Shown: one piece after another, positions 1 to 9,568 of the stretch
Layout: each line of letters opens with the position of its first letter
How positions within the stretch are numbered: position 1 is the stretch's first letter
DNA from: Flavobacteriaceae bacterium
GTDB taxonomy: Bacteria; Bacteroidota; Bacteroidia; Flavobacteriales; Flavobacteriaceae
Assembly (NCBI GenBank): GCA_017851655.1
Contig: JAFMMH010000002.1
Location: 813-64,812, forward strand
Direction: 5' to 3'
Length of the DNA stretch: 64,000 nt
Translations under genes and position numbers: made by a program
Notes under the pieces: model-generated
What the model saw: only the letters and a program-made list of their open reading frames with translations
What the model was told of the DNA's origin: nothing
Database searches by the model: none

Positions 1-2102
1 CTATTCAGCTTAAAGAAGAGAATAAAGCTTTTAAAGTAGAAAAATATGTTCACTCCTATCCCAACTGTTGGAGAACAGATAAACCTATTTTATATTATCC
101 TTTAGACTCTTGGTTTATTAAAGTTACTGAAGTAAAAGACCAGATGACAAGTCTCAACAAAGAAATCAACTGGAAGCCTAAATCTACGGGAGAAGGTCGC
201 TTTGGAAACTGGCTCGCAAATGCAAATGACTGGAACCTTTCCCGATCTAGATTTTGGGGCATCCCACTTCCAGTATGGAGAACAGAAGACGGGAAAGAAA
301 CAAAAGTAGTTGGTTCTATTGGTGAATTAAAATCTGCTATAGAAGCGTCTGTTTCTAAAGGATACATGACTCATAATCCTTTCGAAGGGTTCGTTGAAAA
401 TGATTTTAGTGAAACCAATTACGAGCAAATAGACCTTCACAAACACATAGTAGATAATGTAATTCTTTGCAGTAGTGACGGAAGGCCCATGCATAGAGAA
501 ACTGATTTAATTGATGTGTGGTTTGACTCTGGCTCAATGCCCTACGCACAGTGGCATTATCCATTTGAGAATAAAGAACTTATTGATCAAGGAGATTGTT
601 TCCCCGCAGACTATATCGCTGAGGGAGTTGATCAAACTCGAGGTTGGTTTTACACACTTCATGCAATCTCTACTTTAGTTTTTGGGAAAAAAGCTTATAA
701 AAATGTGATTTCAAATGGACTGGTTTTAGACAAATCAGGTCAAAAAATGTCCAAGCGATTGGGTAATGCCATTGATCCTTTTGAAACATTAGACCAATTT
801 GGTCCAGATGCTACACGCTGGTATATGATTTCGAATGCGAATCCTTGGGACAACCTAAAATTCGATGTCGAAGGGATTGGTGAAGTCAAAAGAAAGTTTT
901 TTGGAACACTTTATAATACCTATTCATTTTTTAGCTTATATGCCAATATTGATGGCTTTGATCCACAAAAAGTAACCCGAGTTCCGCTAAACAAAAGAGC
1001 TGAATTGGATCAATGGATTTTATCAGAATTACATACTCTTATTCAAGAAGTTGATTTAGCGTATGAAGACTATGAACCCACAAAAGCTAGCCGTGCAATT
1101 TCTGATTTTGTCCAAGAAAAACTCAGTAATTGGTATGTTCGTTTATGTCGAAGACGTTTCTGGAAAGGAGAATATGGAGAAGATAAAATTGCTGCTTACC
1201 TTACTCTTCATGAGTGTTTGACTACAGTTTGTCAATTGGCAGCACCCGTTGCGCCATTTTACATGGATCGCTTGTATCAAGATTTGAACCTTACCTCTGT
1301 AGAGTCCGTCCATTTAACGGATTTCCCCAAAATAAAAATAGCCAACATCAATTCAGAATTGGAACAACAAATCAATACTGCACGGACACTCACTTCATTG
1401 GCTTTATCATTACGGAAAAAAGAACAGATAAAAGTGAGGCAACCGTTACAAAAAATGATTATTCCTGTTAAAAATGATAAAGAAAGGAAACGTATTGAAA
1501 ATAGTATTGAGCAACTAAAAAGTGAAATCAATATCAAAACTGTGGAGCTTCTAGATGATGCCAACAGTTTGTTAGTCAAAGAAATTAAACCCAACTTTAA
1601 GACATTGGGACCTCGTTTTGGCAAAGATCTTAAAGCTGTTACTCAGGCTATCAGTAGCCTGAACACTCAAGAAATTCAAGAACTTGAAGAGCAAAATAGC
1701 ATTGAGATTTTAATCAATGGAGCCCCAGTCCGTTTGGAGGTTAGTGATGTTGAAGTTTTTTTTAAAGATATTGAAGGCTGGCAAGTTGCACAAAATGATA
1801 AAATGACCGTTGCTTTGGACATGACAATAACTCCTGAACTAAAAAAAGAAGGTCTAGCAAGGGAATTAATCAATCGTGTTCAAAATCACAGAAAAGACAC
1901 TGGATTAGAAGTTACAGACAAAATCGATATTTATTTAAAAGAAGAACAGGAACTACAAGCTGCAGTTGCAGAAAATAAAAGTTATATCTTGTCTGAAACT
2001 TTGGCCAACAATTTAACGTTTAGACCATTAATGGAAGATGGCTTCCCCCTCGAATTTGATAATATCACAACAGCAATAAAGATTAAAAAACTAAAGTCAT
2101 GA
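1..2102 (+). CDS. ileS: isoleucine--tRNA ligase, C-terminal ~700 aa (5' end lies outside window)
   Basis: Frame 3 is open from nt 3 (IQLKEENKAFKVEKYVHSYPNCWRTDKPILYY...) and runs into the listed 144..2102 ORF. KMSKS loop present as KMSKRLGN. DQTRGWFYTLHA block typical of IleRS. Confidence 0.95.
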   Translation, partial: IQLKEENKAFKVEKYVHSYPNCWRTDKPILYYPLDSWFIKVTEVKDQMTSLNKEINWKPKSTGEGRFGNWLANANDWNLSRSRFWGIPLPVWRTEDGKETKVVGSIGELKSAIEASVSKGYMTHNPFEGFVENDFSETNYEQIDLHKHIVDNVILCSSDGRPMHRETDLIDVWFDSGSMPYAQWHYPFENKELIDQGDCFPADYIAEGVDQTRGWFYTLHAISTLVFGKKAYKNVISNGLVLDKSGQKMSKRLGNAIDPFETLDQFGPDATRWYMISNANPWDNLKFDVEGIGEVKRKFFGTLYNTYSFFSLYANIDGFDPQKVTRVPLNKRAELDQWILSELHTLIQEVDLAYEDYEPTKASRAISDFVQEKLSNWYVRLCRRRFWKGEYGEDKIAAYLTLHECLTTVCQLAAPVAPFYMDRLYQDLNLTSVESVHLTDFPKIKIANINSELEQQINTARTLTSLALSLRKKEQIKVRQPLQKMIIPVKNDKERKRIENSIEQLKSEINIKTVELLDDANSLLVKEIKPNFKTLGPRFGKDLKAVTQAISSLNTQEIQELEEQNSIEILINGAPVRLEVSDVEVFFKDIEGWQVAQNDKMTVALDMTITPELKKEGLARELINRVQNHRKDTGLEVTDKIDIYLKEEQELQAAVAENKSYILSETLANNLTFRPLMEDGFPLEFDNITTAIKIKKLKS

Positions 2103-2476
2103 GCGAAAAAACAAGATATACGGATGCAGAACTTCAAGAATTTAGAGCCCTAATTGAAGAAAAAATTCAAAAAGCTAAGGCTGATTTAGTTCTCCTTAAA
2201 AGTGCCTATATGAACGACGGTAATAACGGAACGGAAGATACTGCTCCTACCTTCAAAGCTTTTGAAGAAGGCTCTGAAACCATGTCTAAAGAGGCAAATA
2301 CACAACTTGCAATCCGTCAGGAAAAATTTATAAGGGATTTAAAAAATGCTTTAATCCGTATAGAAAACAAAACCTATGGCGTTTGTCGTGTTACGGGTAA
2401 ATTGATTAACAAAAAACGTTTGTATCTAGTGCCTCATGCCACATTGAGCATAGAAGCAAAAAATATGCAAAAATAG
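2099..2476 (+). CDS. DksA/TraR-family-like small regulator (degenerate zinc finger)
   Basis: 125 aa with a helical N-terminal half. C-terminal YGVCRVTGKLINKKRLYLVPHATLSIEAK resembles the TraR/DksA finger region, but the protein has only one Cys. ATGA overlap with the ileS stop (2099-2102). Sits between ileS and lspA. Confidence 0.6.
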   Translation: MSEKTRYTDAELQEFRALIEEKIQKAKADLVLLKSAYMNDGNNGTEDTAPTFKAFEEGSETMSKEANTQLAIRQEKFIRDLKNALIRIENKTYGVCRVTGKLINKKRLYLVPHATLSIEAKNMQK

Positions 2477-2486
2477 CAATCCCCTC

Positions 2487-3137
2487 ATTCTGAAAACTCA
2501 AAAAACATATTTTACACTCCTTTGGGCAATAGGTATTATCGTATTCGTTTTACTTGTTGATCAGTCCAGTAAAATCTATATTAAACTTAACTACCCCCTA
2601 TCTAGTTATGGTGTCCCACCCATAGTCGATTGGGGTTTTTTTAAACTTCTGTTTGTTGAAAATAGTGGAATGGCAATGGGAACCAAGCTCAGCGATTTAA
2701 TCCCTTTTATTTCAGAAAAAAAAGCAAAACTTATCCTGACACTTTTCAGACTAGTTGCTATTGGAGGTTTAGGCTATTGGCTATGGGACTCATTGAAAAA
2801 GGAAACTCATCTGCTGTTGAAGTGGGCTTTAGCGCTTATTTTTGCAGGTGCTCTGGGAAATATTATTGATTCTGTCTTTTACGGCATCCTTTTTTCAGAT
2901 AGTTATGATTCTGTTGCAACACTTTTCCCTGACAAAGGATACGCGCCCTTATTTTATGGTCATGTTGTAGACATGCTTCAGTTTCCACTTGTAGAATGGG
3001 ATTGGCCGGATTGGATCCCCTTCATCGGTGGAGATCACTTTTTATTTTTCCAATACATTTTCAATGTAGCCGATACTGCCATAAGCACCGGTGTTGGAAT
3101 ATTAATTGTTTTTAACAAAAAGATTTTCAAACAGTAG
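2487..3137 (+). CDS. lspA: lipoprotein signal peptidase (signal peptidase II); start codon uncertain (ATT 2487 or CTG 2490)
   Basis: VENSGMAMG, HVVDML and FNVADTAIS blocks (LspA catalytic Asp regions). TM1 plus the VDQSSKIY motif is encoded upstream of the first ATG (2670), in a frame open from 2454. Confidence 0.85.
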   Translation: MLKTQKTYFTLLWAIGIIVFVLLVDQSSKIYIKLNYPLSSYGVPPIVDWGFFKLLFVENSGMAMGTKLSDLIPFISEKKAKLILTLFRLVAIGGLGYWLWDSLKKETHLLLKWALALIFAGALGNIIDSVFYGILFSDSYDSVATLFPDKGYAPLFYGHVVDMLQFPLVEWDWPDWIPFIGGDHFLFFQYIFNVADTAISTGVGILIVFNKKIFKQ

Positions 3138-3138
3138 A

Positions 3139-3711
3139 TTAAAAAGCAACTGTTTTAGTTGGGCAAACACAAAAATCTAGGGGAATGTCTCCTGAATAAA
3201 CATCATCAATTTCAGGGATAGGATCGAAAAATGAAAGTCCAATTTTTACTATTTCTGGTTTACATTGTCCTAAAAATCGATCGTAATAACCTTTTCCATA
3301 TCCGACACGATGCCCTTTTTCATCACAAACCAGTAATGGTACAAAAACTACTTGCAATAGAGAAACATCGATCTCAATTCCTTCAGCTGGTTCTGGAATA
3401 TTCCATTTATTTTTCACTATTCTTGTGTTGTCTGTAAGTAGAATATGTTCCAAGTCGTTGTTGTTTTTGACTTTAGGAAGGACCACCTGTTTATCTCTAC
3501 CCTGCAATAGGGTCAGTATAAGGGTTGTATCTATTTCGTTTTTAGCTGATATGGATAAAAATAAATGGAAGTAATCCAAACTCCATATAGGTAGATCTAA
3601 ACAGCGATTTGCAATATCAAAACTCATATTTTCATGAATTTCTTCTGAAAGTGCTTGCCGCTTTTTCAAATAAAGTTCTCGAAGTTCAGTTTTAGAGTGC
3701 TTCATTTTCAT
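3139..3711 (-). CDS. 5-formyltetrahydrofolate cyclo-ligase
   Basis: 190 aa. GHRVGYGKGYYDRFL motif and the N-terminal KTELRELYLKKRQ pattern typical of MTHFS. Confidence 0.8.
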   Translation of the reverse strand: MKMKHSKTELRELYLKKRQALSEEIHENMSFDIANRCLDLPIWSLDYFHLFLSISAKNEIDTTLILTLLQGRDKQVVLPKVKNNNDLEHILLTDNTRIVKNKWNIPEPAEGIEIDVSLLQVVFVPLLVCDEKGHRVGYGKGYYDRFLGQCKPEIVKIGLSFFDPIPEIDDVYSGDIPLDFCVCPTKTVAF

Positions 3712-3764
3712 TAAATCCTTCTATCTAACATTTCAATACCAAAGAAAATCAATATTTTCGTTTT

Positions 3765-5564
3765 GTGAAATCAGATCAGCTTGAAATTCAAATAAAAACA
3801 CTTCCAGAAGTGGCAGGGGTCTATCAGTATTATGATAAGCAAGAGAAAATAATTTACATAGGTAAGGCCAAAAACCTAAAAAAACGCGTCAATTCTTATT
3901 TCACTAAAACTCATGACAACCGAAAGACGGCATTACTAGTTAAAAATATCGCCCGCATTACACATATAGTTGTGGACACTGAAATGGATGCACTCCTTTT
4001 AGAAAACAACCTGATAAAAAAATACAAACCCCGTTACAATATTCTTTTAAGGGATGATAAAACCTACCCGTGGATTTGCATAAAAAAAGAGCCTTTCCCA
4101 CGTGTCTTTTTCACCCGAAGAGTGATCAAAGATGGTTCTGAGTATTTTGGCCCTTACACCAATATGAAAACCATTAGAACATTGTTGGATTTGATTCGAA
4201 ATTTATATCCTCTTAGGAGTTGTAATTTCGATTTAAGCGAAGAAAAAATCAATTCTAAAAAATACAAGGTTTGTTTGGAATACCATATTGGAAATTGTCA
4301 CGGCCCTTGTGTTGGTAAGGTTGAACCCGCATATTACGAAGCAGATATAGACAGCATTCGAAATATTGTAAAAGGGAACTTTAAAAGCGCAATTGTAGCC
4401 CTAAACAAAGAAATGAATGGCTATGCTGAAGTCATGGAATATGAAAAAGCACAATGGATAAAAGAAAAAATTGACAGTCTTGAAAACTACCAGTCGAAAT
4501 CTACTATTGTAAACCCCAAGATCAATCATGTAGACGTATTTTCAGTGATCTCTGATGAAAGCTATGGTTACATCAACTATATTCAGGTATCATTTGGTTC
4601 CATTGTCCGATCACATACCTTGGAGATCAAGAAGAAATTAGACGAGTCTGATGAAACATTACTTCAGTTAGGGATCGTTGAAATTCGGCAGCTATTTTCA
4701 AGTACAGCTACAAAGGTGTTCCTTTCTCAAAATGTTTCTTTGGGTGAAACTTTAAAAGTAGAAGTCCCGCAACAAGGAGATAAAAGAAAGTTAGTAGAAA
4801 TGTCTCTCCGAAATGCAAAATACTTCAGAATGGAACGGTTTAAACAAATGAAAATCGTAGATCCTGATCGGCATATCAAGCGAATTATGGAGCAAATGAA
4901 AAAAGATTTAAGGCTGCCCCATGCTCCCTATCACATTGAGTGTTTTGACAACTCAAACATTCAAGGAACTCATCCTGTTGCAGCTTGTGTGGTTTTTAAA
5001 GATGGAAAGCCTTCTAAAAAAGAGTACCGCCATTACAACATCAAAACAGTGACTGGTCCTGATGATTTTGCTTCCATGGAAGAAGTCGTTTTTAGACGAT
5101 ACAAAAGACTTCAAGAGGAAGGATTATCTCTACCGCAACTGATCGTTATTGATGGTGGAAAAGGACAACTTTCTTCTGCTGTAAAAAGCTTAGATTTATT
5201 AGGGCTAAGAGGTAAAATTGCGATATTAGGAATAGCAAAAAGATTGGAAGAAATCTACTTCCCAGGAGACTCCATACCTCTTTATTTGGATAAGAAATCC
5301 GAAAGTTTGAAAATTCTTCAGCGTGCTAGAGATGAAGCGCACCGTTTTGGAATTAGTTTTCATCGCAACAAAAGAAGTCAAACCAGTTTGAGTTCAAAAT
5401 TAGATTTCATTCCAGGAATTGGACCTGCTACTCGAGATCAGTTATTAAGTCATTTCAAATCTTTAAAACGAATCAAAGAGGCAAGTCAGCAAGAAATGTC
5501 AGATCTTCTAGGGCCTCAAAGGGGTAAAAAAATATACAATGCCCTTCTATCTTCAAAAAACTAA
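3765..5564 (+). CDS. uvrC: excinuclease ABC subunit C
   Basis: GIY-YIG N-terminus (GVYQYYDKQEKIIYIGKAKNLKKRVNSY). Length 599 aa. C-terminal HhH region. GTG start. Confidence 0.95.
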   Translation: MKSDQLEIQIKTLPEVAGVYQYYDKQEKIIYIGKAKNLKKRVNSYFTKTHDNRKTALLVKNIARITHIVVDTEMDALLLENNLIKKYKPRYNILLRDDKTYPWICIKKEPFPRVFFTRRVIKDGSEYFGPYTNMKTIRTLLDLIRNLYPLRSCNFDLSEEKINSKKYKVCLEYHIGNCHGPCVGKVEPAYYEADIDSIRNIVKGNFKSAIVALNKEMNGYAEVMEYEKAQWIKEKIDSLENYQSKSTIVNPKINHVDVFSVISDESYGYINYIQVSFGSIVRSHTLEIKKKLDESDETLLQLGIVEIRQLFSSTATKVFLSQNVSLGETLKVEVPQQGDKRKLVEMSLRNAKYFRMERFKQMKIVDPDRHIKRIMEQMKKDLRLPHAPYHIECFDNSNIQGTHPVAACVVFKDGKPSKKEYRHYNIKTVTGPDDFASMEEVVFRRYKRLQEEGLSLPQLIVIDGGKGQLSSAVKSLDLLGLRGKIAILGIAKRLEEIYFPGDSIPLYLDKKSESLKILQRARDEAHRFGISFHRNKRSQTSLSSKLDFIPGIGPATRDQLLSHFKSLKRIKEASQQEMSDLLGPQRGKKIYNALLSSKN

Positions 5565-5640
5565 AAGTTCCCTATAGTATTTAACAATTTTTAAATGTCA
5601 AATTTCATCATGATCATATGGGATTTCTTACCTTTGAGGC

Positions 5641-6438
5641 ATGTTAAAAAGGTTAATCTTTATACTTTTTTTAAGCTTATCACTTGGAGCATCACAAAGC
5701 ATTCCTATCGATCCTACTATTGCTTTAAATTCTTTCAAAAATGGAGAATGGTTTCAGCTGCGACTTCATTACGGATGGTTTAATGCCAGTTATGCGAGCT
5801 TTTCACTAGAAAGAGATACCATCGCTGAAAAACCCGTTTTCCATGCCAAAGGATTTGGTGAAACTACAGGCTTAGCAAAATGGTTTTTTAAAGTAGAGGA
5901 TTATTACGAAAGTTATTTTGATGAAAAAACAGGGGCACCTTACAAATTCATCCGCAACATCAATGAAGGAGGTTACTCTAAAAACATTGAAATTAATTTT
6001 GACCACGAAAGTAAAACAGCTGAAGTTCTTGATAAGAAAAAGAAAGAAACCAAACAGTATGAAATTCAATCCAATGTCCATGATTTAGTTTCCTGCTTTT
6101 ATTACCTCCGAAATTATTACCCCGAACAGGGTATCGAAGAGAATCAAACTTTTGATATCAATATGTTTTTTGATAATGAGAATTATGTATTCAAATTAAA
6201 ATATTTGGGGAAGGAAAAGATTGACAGTAAATTTGGGAAAATTAACTGTCTGAAGTTTAGACCTCTAGTTCAATCAGGTAGGGTGTTTAAAGAACAAGAA
6301 AGTGTTACTCTGTGGATCTCAGATGATAAAAACAGATTGCCTATAAGACTTCAAGCAGATATTTTAATTGGATCTATAAAAGCGGATATAGAAAATTTTA
6401 AGAATCTAAATCACCCTTTCAAAATAGAAGTAGAGTAA
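5641..6438 (+). CDS. DUF3108-like secreted protein
   Basis: Signal peptide. GEWFQLRLHYGWFNASYASFSL block resembles the DUF3108 N-terminal signature. Family call from memory only. Confidence 0.5.
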   Translation: MLKRLIFILFLSLSLGASQSIPIDPTIALNSFKNGEWFQLRLHYGWFNASYASFSLERDTIAEKPVFHAKGFGETTGLAKWFFKVEDYYESYFDEKTGAPYKFIRNINEGGYSKNIEINFDHESKTAEVLDKKKKETKQYEIQSNVHDLVSCFYYLRNYYPEQGIEENQTFDINMFFDNENYVFKLKYLGKEKIDSKFGKINCLKFRPLVQSGRVFKEQESVTLWISDDKNRLPIRLQADILIGSIKADIENFKNLNHPFKIEVE

Positions 6439-6441
6439 CAG

Positions 6442-7764
6442 ATGAATAAAATTAAAATAACTTTAAAAATCTTCATTGTCTCTACTTTAAGTGGAATACT
6501 CTTTAGCCTATTTGTTTCATGTCAACAAGATGTTCAAGAAAAATCATCTGAACAGCCTGCTCTGACTATCGAACCAAAACCAGATTTATATTTTGGAATC
6601 GATCGAAATGTATATCAAACTGAAGAATATAAAGTTAAACGAGGGGATACATTTGGTAAAATATTAGAAGAAAACGGAATAGATTACCCTCAAGTTTATG
6701 CCATCCTCCAGGCAATCAAAGGAAAGGTTGATGTTCGAAAACTAACTATTGGAAAACCATATACCCTGTTTTTTAGTAAAGACACTATCCCTACTCCCGA
6801 ATATTTTATTTATCATGCTGGAGTAGCGAGTTATAAAAGAATTCACTTACGAGACAGTCTTTATGGCGAAGAAATTATTAAACCTTCTCAAGTTGTAGAA
6901 TTAGAAGCTTCAGGTGTAATTGAGAGTTCGCTATATGAAACCATGCAAAAAAGCGGTATCAATGAATCTCTGACTTATTATCTTTCCGATATTTATGCGT
7001 GGACGATAGATTTTTTTCGTCTTCAGAAAGGAGATCGGTTTAAAGTAATTTATACTGAAAAATTTGTTGACGACACCATCTCCGTTGGAATAGAACGAAT
7101 AAAAGCAGCCTATTTCGAACACAACGGCAAGCCATTATACGCCTTTGAATATGTCCCCGATTCAGAAAAAGGTATAGTAGATTATTTTGATGATAATGCT
7201 AAAAGTTTAAGACGTGCATTTTTGCAAGGTCCCCTTAAATTTAATCGTGTTTCTTCACGATTCAACCTCAAGAGGAGGATTGCTTACTATGGCAATCGGA
7301 TTCGCCCACATAAAGGAACTGATTTCGCTGCCTCTGTAGGAACACCAATTTTAGCAACTGCAAATGGAACAGTAGTCAAAGCAAGCTATACTAGAGGAAA
7401 CGGGAACTACGTGACTCTAAAGCACAATGGAGTGTATTCTACTCAATACCTTCATATGAAAAAAAGAAACGTTAAAGTAGGACAATTTGTCCAACAAGGA
7501 GATGTTATAGGATGGGTAGGTATGACTGGAAATACCTCAGGCCCTCATGTTTGTTATCGTTTCTGGAAAAACGGAAGACAAGTAGATCCTTTTAAACAAA
7601 AACTCCCAGAAGCAAAGCCCATATCTGCTGAATTAAAATCAAAGTTTGCTGAACATATTGTTCCTTACAAAACAAAACTAGATTGCATTGCTTTTGAAAC
7701 TCAAGAGGATCCTGAAGTTGCCGCAATACTTAATCAAAAAAAACATGTCCAAGACCCTTCCTAA
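6442..7764 (+). CDS. M23 family peptidoglycan metalloendopeptidase
   Basis: HKGTDFAA ... GNTSGPHVCYRF (HxxxD / GPH M23 motifs). N-terminal TM/signal. LysM/OapA-like YKVKRGDTFGKILEENG segment. Confidence 0.85.
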   Translation: MNKIKITLKIFIVSTLSGILFSLFVSCQQDVQEKSSEQPALTIEPKPDLYFGIDRNVYQTEEYKVKRGDTFGKILEENGIDYPQVYAILQAIKGKVDVRKLTIGKPYTLFFSKDTIPTPEYFIYHAGVASYKRIHLRDSLYGEEIIKPSQVVELEASGVIESSLYETMQKSGINESLTYYLSDIYAWTIDFFRLQKGDRFKVIYTEKFVDDTISVGIERIKAAYFEHNGKPLYAFEYVPDSEKGIVDYFDDNAKSLRRAFLQGPLKFNRVSSRFNLKRRIAYYGNRIRPHKGTDFAASVGTPILATANGTVVKASYTRGNGNYVTLKHNGVYSTQYLHMKKRNVKVGQFVQQGDVIGWVGMTGNTSGPHVCYRFWKNGRQVDPFKQKLPEAKPISAELKSKFAEHIVPYKTKLDCIAFETQEDPEVAAILNQKKHVQDPS

Positions 7765-9382
7765 TCATTCCCCTAAAGACTTTTCTTCATGGAAAGCTAT
7801 CGAAGAACATCAAAAAAATATTGCGAGTAAAAATATTTTGTCCCATTTCGAAAACGAACCTAATCGAATGGATTATGCTGGTTTACAATGGGAAGATTTC
7901 TATGTAGATATCTCCAAAAATAGATTGGACAAAAAAGGCTTTGATCTTCTAATTGAACTTGCTAAAGAAAGTGAATTAATATCTGCAATAGAAGCACAAT
8001 TCTCAGGTGCAAAAATCAATGCTACCGAAAATAGAGCAGTTTTACATACAGCGCTAAGGTCACTTAAAAAAGAAGCTATTTTAGTAGACGGAAAGGAAAT
8101 AAATCCAACAATAGAAGCTGCTCAAAATAAAATGTATGCTTTTTGTGAGGAAGTGATCTCTGGTAGATGGAAAGGATACAGTGGAAAATCAATAACCCAC
8201 ATCGTAAATATTGGAATAGGAGGATCAGATCTTGGACCAGCTATGGTGGTCGAGGCCTTAGCCCACTATCAAAATCATTTGGATATTCGTTTTGTTTCTA
8301 ATGTTGAAGGGGATCATCATGTTGAAGTATTAAAGGGATTAAATCCTGAAACAACACTTTTTGTAATTGTTTCTAAAACCTTTACAACTCAAGAAACACT
8401 TAGTAATGCGAATAGCATTAGAGATTGGTTCTTGACCCAAGCTCCCGAGGGTGGGATCGCTCAACATTTTGTTGCAGTTTCTACCAATCTTGAAAAAACA
8501 CAAGCATTTGGAATTGCTACAGAAAACATCTTCCCAATGAATGATTGGGTTGGGGGACGTTTTTCGCTTTGGAGTACTGTCGGAATAAGTATTTGCCTTG
8601 CCGTAGGTTCGCAACATTTTAAAGCCTTACTCCAAGGAGCAGGTAAAATGGATCTGCATTTTCAGGAAGCACCTTTAGAAAAAAATATTCCAATCGTATT
8701 GGGCTTATTAAGTATTTGGTACAATAACTTTTGGGGTGCAGAAACCGAAGCCTTAATTCCATACACGCAATATCTCCGAAGCCTTCCTGCATACTTACAA
8801 CAAGGTATTATGGAAAGTAATGGAAAAAGCGTAGGAAGAAATGGAAAACGAGTTGATTTTCAAACAGGAACTATTATTTGGGGTGCCTCTGGAACCAATG
8901 CACAGCATGCTTTTTTCCAATTAATTCATCAAGGAACAAAACTTATTCCTGCAGATTTTATTGGCTTTAAAAAGTCATTAAATGGAAATGAAGAACACCA
9001 ACAGAAATTGTTGGCAAATTTTATTGCACAGACAGAAGCATTGATGACTGGTAAAACTAAAAATCAAGTTTTAGAGGAACTTAGAAACACTGAACTCACT
9101 GAAATACAAAAACAAGAATTAGCTCCCTTTAAAGTCTTTGAGGGAAACAAGCCCACGAACACTATTTTAATAGAACAATTGAATCCTGAAAACTTAGGGG
9201 CACTTATTGCACTTTACGAACATAAAATATTTGTACAAGGAGTCATTTGGAATATCTACAGCTATGATCAATGGGGAGTAGAACTAGGAAAACAACTAGC
9301 TAATACAGTACTTGAGGATATTCAAAAAGGAATTTCTAACCCTCACGATCCTTCTACTTTAAAACTACTTTCTAAAATTTAA
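7745..9382 (+). CDS. pgi: glucose-6-phosphate isomerase
   Basis: IGIGGSDLGP, SKTFTTQET and GIMESNGK blocks. I prefer ATG 7745 (MSKTLPNHSPKDF) over the listed 7688 start, which lies deep inside the M23 gene. Confidence 0.95.
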   Translation: MSKTLPNHSPKDFSSWKAIEEHQKNIASKNILSHFENEPNRMDYAGLQWEDFYVDISKNRLDKKGFDLLIELAKESELISAIEAQFSGAKINATENRAVLHTALRSLKKEAILVDGKEINPTIEAAQNKMYAFCEEVISGRWKGYSGKSITHIVNIGIGGSDLGPAMVVEALAHYQNHLDIRFVSNVEGDHHVEVLKGLNPETTLFVIVSKTFTTQETLSNANSIRDWFLTQAPEGGIAQHFVAVSTNLEKTQAFGIATENIFPMNDWVGGRFSLWSTVGISICLAVGSQHFKALLQGAGKMDLHFQEAPLEKNIPIVLGLLSIWYNNFWGAETEALIPYTQYLRSLPAYLQQGIMESNGKSVGRNGKRVDFQTGTIIWGASGTNAQHAFFQLIHQGTKLIPADFIGFKKSLNGNEEHQQKLLANFIAQTEALMTGKTKNQVLEELRNTELTEIQKQELAPFKVFEGNKPTNTILIEQLNPENLGALIALYEHKIFVQGVIWNIYSYDQWGVELGKQLANTVLEDIQKGISNPHDPSTLKLLSKI

Positions 9383-9568
9383 CCAAAGGTTTAAAGGTTC
9401 AGTAAAGATCTTTTAAATTCATGATTTTTTGTAAAATTCAATCTACTTTGAAGTGTTTTTAATTTTAAAATGGAATTGATACAAGAAATTCAGTACCACT
9501 TTAATATAAAAGATCGGTTTTCAATTAAATCTTTAATGTTTAAAAAAAACCTTTACAGTTTGCGATTT

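Noticed and set aside
1214-1873. ORFs 1214-1471(+), 1277-1624(-) and 1676-1873(-) inside ileS. Similar shadow ORFs include 8339-8617, 9828-10300, 22331-22696, 23238-23877, 25317-25571, 28439-28660, 32720-33814, 36340-36627, 37628-38021, 43927-44160 and 58455-58776.
   Set aside because: All lie wholly inside, or antisense to, long ORFs with clear family motifs. They have low-complexity or odd composition and no motifs of their own. They are typical shadow ORFs in AT-rich DNA.
7688-7744. Longer N-terminal extensions offered by the ORF track. They affect pgi (7688), recJ (11326), tdk (12704), the islet gene (16855), DUF177 (17654), fabH (18520), prolyl oligopeptidase (24078), ribE (31988) and SOUL (62198).
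   Set aside because: Each extension overlaps the preceding gene or a terminator, or adds residues before a canonical family N-terminus or signal peptide. Most extensions (7 of 9) start with TTG. An internal ATG gives the expected N-terminus.
9383-9568. 186-nt convergent spacer between pgi and recJ, searched for terminators or an sRNA. It includes a 43-codon ORF starting at the ATG in ATGGAATTGATACAAG.
   Set aside because: It has no GC-containing hairpin with a T-run on either strand. The ORF runs into the recJ 3' end and has no distinctive features.
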